This document shows positions 57,436 to 64,000 of a DNA stretch of 64,000 nt, piece after piece; the first letter of the stretch is position 1, and each line of letters opens with the position of its first letter. This stretch comes from an uncultured Solirubrobacterales bacterium (GTDB lineage: Bacteria; Actinomycetota; Thermoleophilia; Solirubrobacterales; Solirubrobacteraceae). The stretch is from the NCBI GenBank assembly GCA_963796645.1, contig CAWCMQ010000013.1, positions 20,318-84,317 of the forward strand, in the 5' to 3' direction. The notes beneath the pieces are model-generated. The model was not told the DNA's origin. It made no database searches and worked only from the letters and a program-made list of their open reading frames with translations. A program made the translations under genes and the position numbers.

Positions 57436-59670
57436 ATGACAGGTGTGCTCTACGGGTTGGCGCGGCTCTGCGCGCGCCGTCGGTTCGTCGTTCTCGCGCT
57501 GTGGGTGGTGGTGACCGTCGCGCTGGTGGCGGTCTCTCAGCGGCTCGGTGACAACACCAACGACAACCTGAAGCTGCCCGGAACCAACAGCCAGCTGGCC
57601 ACCGACACGCTCAGCAAGTCGTTTCCCGATCAGGCGAACGGGACCAGCCCGATCGTGCTGCATGCGGGGAGCGGCAAGCTGACCGACTCCAAGTACGCGA
57701 ACGCGGTCAACCAGGCCGCGGCCGACGTGGCGAAGGCGCCCGACGTGGCAAACGTCGTCAACCCACTGACCCAGCAGGGTGCGAACCAGCTGAGCAAGGA
57801 CAAGGCGACCGGGTACCTGTCGGTCACTCTGTCGGTCAGCCCCGGGGCGCTCTCGGTGAGTGACGTCCAGACGATCATCAACGCAGCGACCAAGCCCGCG
57901 GAGGCAGCTGGGCTTCAGGTCGAGACGGGCGGTCAGCTCGGTCAGAAGGTGTCCAAGCCGGCGACCGAGTCCAGCGAGCTGATCGGGATCCTCGCCGCGA
58001 TGGTGATCCTCACGCTCACGTTCGGGTCGGCGGTGGCGATGGTGCTCCCGATCTTCAACGCGATCCTCGCCCTCGCCTGCACTCTGTCGATCGTCCGGAT
58101 CCTCAGCCACGTGATGACGGTCTCCACGGTGGCGCCGACGCTGGCGACGATGATCGGGCTCGGCGTCGGGATCGACTACGCGCTGTTCATAGTCACGCGA
58201 CACTTCCGCGGCCTCGATGATGGCCTGGAGCTGCGCGAGTCGATCGCGCGGGCGACCGCGACCTCAGGAGGGGCGGTGCTGTTTGCCGGGAGCACGGTGA
58301 CGATCGCCCTGGTGTCGCTGGCGGTGGCCAACATCCCGCTCGTCACGACGATGGGGCTGATGGCCGCGGTCGCGGTCGTCGTTGCGGTGGTCGCGGCGCT
58401 CACCCTGCTTCCGGCGACCCTCGCGATCACGGGCGCTCACATCAATTCGCTCCGGGTGCATGGCGGTGGTAAGCCCCGTGACCCCAAGCAGGGCATGTGG
58501 GCGAAGTGGGCCCACGAGATCGCCAGCCGGCCGGTGCTGTCCGGGCTCGCCGCCCTGATGATCCTGATCCCGCTGGCGATCCCGCTGCTGTCTCTCAGCC
58601 TGGGTCAGAAGGACACCGCTGCGCTCTCCACCTCGACGACGGCGCGCCGGGCATACGACCTGCTTTCGAAGAATTTCGGCGCGGGCGTCAACGGCCCGCT
58701 GATCGTGGCCGTTTCGCTCGGCTCTCCCGCGAGTGGGACCAGCGACCCACGGCTGCAGACGCTCGAGAAGGACGTATCGCAGACCAAGGGAGTGGCCGCG
58801 ATCACGGCGGTTCAGATAGACAAGGCCGGGACAACCGCGTACTTCAACGCGATCGCCACAAAGGGCCCGTCGGACCAGGCCACGTCCGACCTGGTCAACC
58901 AGCTTCGCTCGAGCGTGATCCCCTCGGCTGAGAAGGGGACCGACATGAAGGCCTACGTCGGCGGCACCACGGCTGGCTATATCGACCTGGCCTCGAACAT
59001 CTCGAGCAAGCTGCCGCTGCAGATCGCCGTCGTGATCCTGCTCAGCTTCATGCTGCTCGTGCTCGCGTTCCGGACGGTCGTGGTCCCGGTCCAGGCCGCG
59101 GTGATGAACATCCTCTCGATCGGCGCCGCCTACGGCGTGCTGACCGCGATCTTCCAGCTCGGCTGGGCGCACAGCCTGATCGGACTCAGCGGCTCGGTGC
59201 CGATCGTCTCGTACGTGCCGCTGTTCATGTTCGCGATCTTGTTCGGGCTGTCGATGGACTACGAGGTGTTCCTGGTCAGCCAGATCGAGGAGCACGTGCA
59301 CGCCGGCGAGGACAACAAGAGCTCGGTCGTCTCCGGGCTCGTCACCAGTGCCCGCGTTATCACGGCGGCGGCGATGATCATGGTGTTCGTGTTCGGCAGT
59401 TTCGTCCTCAACGGCGATCCGACGGTCAAGCAATTCGGCATCGGTCTCGCCGTGGCGGTGATCCTCGACGCCACGATCGTGCGATGCCTGCTCGTGCCGG
59501 CGGTGATGGTGATCGTGGGTAAGGCCAACTGGTACATGCCGCGCTGGCTTGACCGGATCGTGCCGCGCATCAGCATCGAGGGCGCCGAGTTCTTCAACGC
59601 CCGTAAGCGGACCCAGAGGACGGCGCCCGAGCCGGAGGCTGAGCTGGCCGCCACCGTCCCGGGGTCGTGA
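57436..59670 (+). CDS. MMPL family (RND) transporter
   Basis: IGLGVGIDYALF, GGAVLFAG.TV, TLLPA, FGLSMDYEVF, ARVITAAA.IM, DATIVRCLLVPA. Confidence 0.95.
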   Translation: MTGVLYGLARLCARRRFVVLALWVVVTVALVAVSQRLGDNTNDNLKLPGTNSQLATDTLSKSFPDQANGTSPIVLHAGSGKLTDSKYANAVNQAAADVAKAPDVANVVNPLTQQGANQLSKDKATGYLSVTLSVSPGALSVSDVQTIINAATKPAEAAGLQVETGGQLGQKVSKPATESSELIGILAAMVILTLTFGSAVAMVLPIFNAILALACTLSIVRILSHVMTVSTVAPTLATMIGLGVGIDYALFIVTRHFRGLDDGLELRESIARATATSGGAVLFAGSTVTIALVSLAVANIPLVTTMGLMAAVAVVVAVVAALTLLPATLAITGAHINSLRVHGGGKPRDPKQGMWAKWAHEIASRPVLSGLAALMILIPLAIPLLSLSLGQKDTAALSTSTTARRAYDLLSKNFGAGVNGPLIVAVSLGSPASGTSDPRLQTLEKDVSQTKGVAAITAVQIDKAGTTAYFNAIATKGPSDQATSDLVNQLRSSVIPSAEKGTDMKAYVGGTTAGYIDLASNISSKLPLQIAVVILLSFMLLVLAFRTVVVPVQAAVMNILSIGAAYGVLTAIFQLGWAHSLIGLSGSVPIVSYVPLFMFAILFGLSMDYEVFLVSQIEEHVHAGEDNKSSVVSGLVTSARVITAAAMIMVFVFGSFVLNGDPTVKQFGIGLAVAVILDATIVRCLLVPAVMVIVGKANWYMPRWLDRIVPRISIEGAEFFNARKRTQRTAPEPEAELAATVPGS

Positions 59671-59683
59671 GGACCCGCAGCGG

Positions 59684-60205
59684 TCACCCGCACAGCTCAG
59701 CCACGATCTGGTCCACCGCCCCGTGCGCCAGCTCGCGCAGCTCCTCATCGGAGCGATCCTGGATTGGATGGGCGACGAGGACGCGGTGAATGTCGGGTTG
59801 GCCGAGCGCCTTGGACTGATGCTCTGCCGCCTGTTCGAAGGCGCTCGAAGCGACCAGCACCGCCGGCTTTCCCATCCCCTCGAAGCTGAGCACGTCGCGC
59901 AGACCGCACGACACGCAGGAGCCTCAGTCGGCGAGCGCCTCGATCACCGCGTCGCAGTTGCGGGCGATCTCGGCACGCACGTCCTGCGGCGCGGGCTTGG
60001 TGAAGGTCGGCTTGGCGGTGCGGACGATCGTGTGGCCACGCCCGGTCAGCAGCCGTTCCAGCTCGTTAAGAAAGACGTCGCCCCGCGGCTTGCGGATGTC
60101 CATCAGCGCGATCGTGGCCGGCTCGCCCGGCTTCAGCCGCTCACCGGCGAGCGGCCGGCCCGACGGGGTTGCCTCGGCCGTCGGATCGAGGATTGTCACC
60201 GCCAC
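59684..60205 (-). CDS. UGSC-family selenoprotein (in-frame TGA 59924-59926 read as Sec), 173 aa
   Basis: ORFs 59924-60205 and 59684-59914 are in the same frame. The junction reads GCC GAC TGA GGC TCC TGC GTG TCG TGC = A-D-U-G-S-C-V-S-C. A SECIS hairpin follows 11 nt after the TGA. Confidence 0.88.
59894..59912 (-). promoter_or_regulatory. Bacterial SECIS element
   Basis: GUCGUGC-GGUCU-GCGCGAC: 7-bp stem (one G-U) starting 11 nt after UGA. Apex resembles E. coli fdhF SECIS (GGUUGCAGGUCUGCACC). Confidence 0.8.
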
Positions 60206-61671
60206 GGTTCAGCGCTCCGGGTCACGGGATCGGATCCTATGTCCCCGGCGACCCAGCCGCCATAGACCATGCTGAACAGTCCAGCGTCGCCACCGGCGTG
60301 AGCGAGCAGGATTCGTCCGGGGGCGGCGAACTTCGGCACCGGCGCGTCCGGATCGGTGACGAACCGTGCCTCGATTCCCTCCTCGATCCCGCCCACCCCG
60401 CGGGCCAGCCCACCCGCTGGGCTCCTGGATTGCTCGAACAGCTCGTCCTGGACCCTCGCGCGATCCCAGCCGTGCTCGCGGAAGATGCGGCCGTGCTCGG
60501 GCCCCACCACGAGCACGGCATCGAAGGCGAAGCGCTGGCGCCGGTGCCCCACCCACTCGAGCGCCGGCCCGAAGCTGGCGCATAGCTGCTCCGGCGTCCG
60601 CGCCAACTGGTCGACGATCAGCCGGGGCGCCTCGCCGGCGAATAGCGTGACGCCGGTCTCCGCCGCGGGGACGCCTCGATCCTCCGCCAATCCCGGCCAG
60701 GGCGAGTCGTGCAGCCGCTCGGCGAAGCACGAGCTGAGCTTGCCCGGCTGCCCGTGGGCGGCGCGGTCCTCCTGCTGCGGCCTGCCACCGCCGACATTGC
60801 GGACCACCAGTCCGAGCGCTCGGCCGATCGTCACGTTGGCCCGGTTGCCCTGACCGAGCGCGTTGCCGGCGCTGTTCATGCCGACCTCGTCGGCGAGCGG
60901 GCCGCTCACGATCACCACCGGCCCCGAGGGGTGCGTCGTCGACACGAGTCCAAGCAGTGCGAAGGCGGGATCGCAGGCGGCCTCGACCGCAGCCAGCACG
61001 ATCGGGAACACCGCTGGCGGGCAGCCCGCCATCACGGCATTGATCGCGACCTTCTCGACCGTGGCCGCCCCGTCGTAGGGCGCGATCAGGCCGACCAGGT
61101 CCTGCGGGTCCCGGCGGGTGGCGCCGAGCATCTCGACCACCCGCTCCGGGGTCGGCGGGACGAGCGGGAGGCCATCCGAGAACCCGCGATCGAACAGCGC
61201 CTCGATCGGGTCCTCGAGCTCGCCGATCTCGATCTCGCGTGAGCGCAGTCGGCCCTCGCGTCGGGCCCGGTTGGCGGCGAGCCGGGCCGCGACGATCGGG
61301 TCTCGGGTGATGCTGGCGCAGCCGGGGCGCCGGTCGGGCAGCCCATCGAGCTCGAGCTCAATGCCCGCCCGACGGGCGAGATCCTGGAGCCGGGCTCGGT
61401 CCAGCCCCTCAACCCGGGCCTGTTCGTGACCCCCGTCGAGGAGCACGACGGCCGGCACGGCGTCCGGGTCGAGGCGGGCCGAGAGCTCGAGATCTGGATC
61501 GAGCTCCGGAGGACTCCCAAGCTCGAGGCGCTGCGCCTGGGCAGCGTTCTCCTCGGCGGAGGACTGCGAGACGATCCGGATCGAGCCGCCGTCGGCAAGC
61601 GCCGAGTCCAGCACCGGGAGCACCTGGTCGCACACCGGGCAGTCGTGTTTGACCAGCACCACGAGCTCCAT
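60196..61671 (-). CDS. Thioredoxin-like CxxC domain + conserved domain partnered with UGSC proteins
   Basis: N-terminal KHDCPVC, RRPGCAS, GFSDGLPLVPPTPERV, TVEKVAINAVMAGC, GQGNRANVTIGRA. 10-nt overlap with the UGSC gene start. Confidence 0.82.
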   Translation of the reverse strand: MELVVLVKHDCPVCDQVLPVLDSALADGGSIRIVSQSSAEENAAQAQRLELGSPPELDPDLELSARLDPDAVPAVVLLDGGHEQARVEGLDRARLQDLARRAGIELELDGLPDRRPGCASITRDPIVAARLAANRARREGRLRSREIEIGELEDPIEALFDRGFSDGLPLVPPTPERVVEMLGATRRDPQDLVGLIAPYDGAATVEKVAINAVMAGCPPAVFPIVLAAVEAACDPAFALLGLVSTTHPSGPVVIVSGPLADEVGMNSAGNALGQGNRANVTIGRALGLVVRNVGGGRPQQEDRAAHGQPGKLSSCFAERLHDSPWPGLAEDRGVPAAETGVTLFAGEAPRLIVDQLARTPEQLCASFGPALEWVGHRRQRFAFDAVLVVGPEHGRIFREHGWDRARVQDELFEQSRSPAGGLARGVGGIEEGIEARFVTDPDAPVPKFAAPGRILLAHAGGDAGLFSMVYGGWVAGDIGSDPVTRSAEPWR

Positions 61672-61705
61672 CGGCCGACCGTAACACGGCTAGGCTCCCC
61701 CACGC

Positions 61706-62356
61706 ATGCACTGGCTGCTCGGGACCCGGACCGGCTTCTCGCTGGAGGCCTTGCGGCAGCTGCGCGACCCGCACCTGTTCAAGTGGTACGCGGTGGCGCT
61801 GCTCTCGTTTGTTGTCTACGCGTACGCCGTCGAGGTCGAGCGCCGTCGCTGGGACATCGTCGCGGCCGGCCTCGCCGTCTGGCTCGCCGACTGGTTCAAC
61901 GAGATCATCAACGCGCTCGTTCTGCACGCCTCGAACCAGGCCGCGCTCTGGACCTCGACCGGTCCCACCGCCTACCAGATCCTGATCGGACTGAACGTGG
62001 AGATCATGTTCATGTTCGCGGTGGCCGGCATCGTCTACGCCAAGCTTCTGCCCGCCGACCGCACCGTCCGCATCCTGGGGATGCCCAACCGGTTCGCGGT
62101 CGCGCTGGGGCTGTCCCTGGTCAGCGTGGCGGTAGAGCTGTTCCTTCACGCTTCGGGCACGTTCCACTGGCACTACTGGTGGTGGAACACGCCGTTCGTG
62201 CTGCTGATCATCATCTTCGGCTACCTGTGGTTCTACCTCTACGCCGCATGGGTCTACGACGCGCCGCCGCGCAAGCGGGTCACGCGCCTCGGCGCGCTCG
62301 CCGCGATCGACGTGACGATGGCGATCGTGTTCGGGGTCGTGCTCGGCTGGATCTGA
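61706..62356 (+). CDS. Hypothetical integral membrane protein
   Basis: About six hydrophobic helices. DWFNEIINALV, GLNVEI, HWHYWWWN. Confidence 0.78.
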   Translation: MHWLLGTRTGFSLEALRQLRDPHLFKWYAVALLSFVVYAYAVEVERRRWDIVAAGLAVWLADWFNEIINALVLHASNQAALWTSTGPTAYQILIGLNVEIMFMFAVAGIVYAKLLPADRTVRILGMPNRFAVALGLSLVSVAVELFLHASGTFHWHYWWWNTPFVLLIIIFGYLWFYLYAAWVYDAPPRKRVTRLGALAAIDVTMAIVFGVVLGWI

Positions 62357-62488
62357 CCGGTCCGCGAGACCCGCGGCCCGGGAACGCACCGTAGTTTCCC
62401 ACGCCGAGGACCGGTGTTGGACCGGTTGTGGGCCTCGGCGAGGCGAACCTAGACTCGCCTCAGTAACCGGCACGGCCGAGAGGAGAGG

Positions 62489-63922
62489 GTGGACATGGCT
62501 GCGATGCAGGAGCGCGTCGACGTGCACATGCGCGATAGCGACGCATTCGCCTGGTACATGGAGAAGGATCCGCTGCTGCGGTCGACCGTTGTGTGCGTAC
62601 TGCTGCTCGACGGTAGCCCCGACTGGGATCGGCTGCTCGATCGGCTTGAACGAGTGACACGGTTGGCGCCGGGGTTCCGGCACCGGGTCGTCTCGCCGCC
62701 GCTGCGGCTGTCCACGCCCCGCTGGGTCGTCGATCCGGACTTCGACCTCTCATGGCACATTCGTCGTTTCGAGGCCGCGGCTCCGAAGACGCTGGAGACG
62801 GTCCTGGAGTTCGCGCGCAAGACCGGGATGGCGGGCCTCGACCGCGACCGGCCGCTGTGGGAGTTCACGTTCATCGACGGGCTCGAGGATGGCCGCACGG
62901 CGCTGATCATGAAGCTTCACCACTCGCTGACCGATGGCGTCGGTGGCATGGATGTCGCACGGCTGCTGTTCGACATCGAACCCGACCCAGGGGACCTCGG
63001 GCCGATGCCCGACGCCCCGGCCGGAGAGCACCTGGGTACCGTCGGTCTGGCTCGGGATGCGCTTGGCTATGACTGGTCGCAGCTGTTCGACTTCTCCATG
63101 CGTCATCTCGGCTCCGCTCCCGGCGACGTCGCTCACGCGTTGCGGCACCCCCGCGAAACCGTCACCGAGGCGGTCGCGACCGGTGAGGCGATCGCGCACT
63201 TCGTCGAGCCCGTGTCCGACACGCTCTCGCCGGTGATGACCGAACGCCACCTGAACTGGCACTACGACGTGCTCGAGTTCCCGCTCGCGGACATCCTCAG
63301 CGCGGCGCACGCCGCGGGCGCCAAGCACAACGACGCGTTCATCGCGGGTGTCACGGCGGGATTGCGTCGCTACCACGAGCGGCACGACACCCAGGTCGAG
63401 GAGCTGCGGCTCACGATGCCAATCAGCATTCGCAAGCCCGAGGACCCGATCGGCGGCAATCGCATCACGCTGATGAGGTTCAAGGTTCCCGTCGACACCG
63501 CCGATCCGAGCGAGCGGATGGCCGAGATCCGGCGGCGGTCCCAATCGGTGAAGGCCGATCGGTCGCTGCCGTACACGAACTCGATCGCCGGCGCGCTGAA
63601 CCTGCTGCCGCGCTCCTACATCGGCGGAATGCTCAAGCACGTCGACTTCCTGGCCAGCAACGTGCCTGGAATCCGGGTGCCGCTGTATCTCACCGGCGCG
63701 CGAGTCGAGAGCTTCTACGGTTTCGGTCCCACGACCGGCGCGGCGCTGAACCTGACGCTGATGTCCTACGACGACACGTGCTACGTGGGCGTCAACATCG
63801 ACACCGGGGCCGTTCCCGACCCCGACGTGCTGATGGATTGTCTACGGAAGGGCTTCAACGAGGTGCTCGCGGTGGGGGGCGGCAAGGGACATAGCGTGCT
63901 GCCGGCAAAAGCACACCACTAG
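62489..63922 (+). CDS. Wax ester/TAG synthase (WS/DGAT) family O-acyltransferase, intact
   Basis: RPLWEF, KLHHSLTDGVGG, HNDAFIAG, GGNRI, ASNVPG. AGGAG RBS (ATG 62495 possible). Confidence 0.92.
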   Translation: MDMAAMQERVDVHMRDSDAFAWYMEKDPLLRSTVVCVLLLDGSPDWDRLLDRLERVTRLAPGFRHRVVSPPLRLSTPRWVVDPDFDLSWHIRRFEAAAPKTLETVLEFARKTGMAGLDRDRPLWEFTFIDGLEDGRTALIMKLHHSLTDGVGGMDVARLLFDIEPDPGDLGPMPDAPAGEHLGTVGLARDALGYDWSQLFDFSMRHLGSAPGDVAHALRHPRETVTEAVATGEAIAHFVEPVSDTLSPVMTERHLNWHYDVLEFPLADILSAAHAAGAKHNDAFIAGVTAGLRRYHERHDTQVEELRLTMPISIRKPEDPIGGNRITLMRFKVPVDTADPSERMAEIRRRSQSVKADRSLPYTNSIAGALNLLPRSYIGGMLKHVDFLASNVPGIRVPLYLTGARVESFYGFGPTTGAALNLTLMSYDDTCYVGVNIDTGAVPDPDVLMDCLRKGFNEVLAVGGGKGHSVLPAKAHH

Positions 63923-64000
63923 GCACCACGGCCCCGGCTCGCGAAGTACTCGGCCTCGGCCTGCCCGAGCGCTGTCGCGGGCGGCTCGCCGTGCAGGTAC

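Overview
This is a high-GC actinobacterial window. The gene content suggests a soil Thermoleophilia/Solirubrobacterales-like organism, which is an inference. It holds about 55 genes and no rRNA, intact tRNA, CRISPR array, integrase or transposase. From left to right: (i) a 5'-truncated ImmA/IrrE metallopeptidase beside a tRNA-Ala 3' fragment (possible att scar); (ii) a secreted S53 peptidase with an overlapping SSI-like inhibitor lipoprotein; (iii) CsbD-type stress genes divergent from a TetR-PP2C fusion; (iv) a coupled pair of a TIR-SIR2 protein and an effector-less nSTAND1-TM-14xWD40 protein, followed by a Cys-rich Ig-like secreted protein, which is the best candidate for an undescribed defence/signalling system; (v) lipid genes (desaturase, acyl-CoA synthetase, HlyIII/TrhA, two adjacent +1-frameshifted genes encoding WS/DGAT and an SCP2-hydrolase, a phasin-like protein, a P450); (vi) a lone sufB; (vii) the amidohydrolase-DUF59-ADH trio known from propane/phenol monooxygenase clusters, here without the monooxygenase; (viii) kup, a phosphoesterase, a LipJ-like cyclase, a lipase and an L,D-transpeptidase; (ix) an aminotransferase-SDR-lyase-GlcG run; (x) a LAL regulator with GAP and MMPL; (xi) a UGSC-type selenoprotein, split in the ORF track by an in-frame UGA that is followed by a textbook bacterial SECIS hairpin. 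All family calls come from motif recognition, not database searches.
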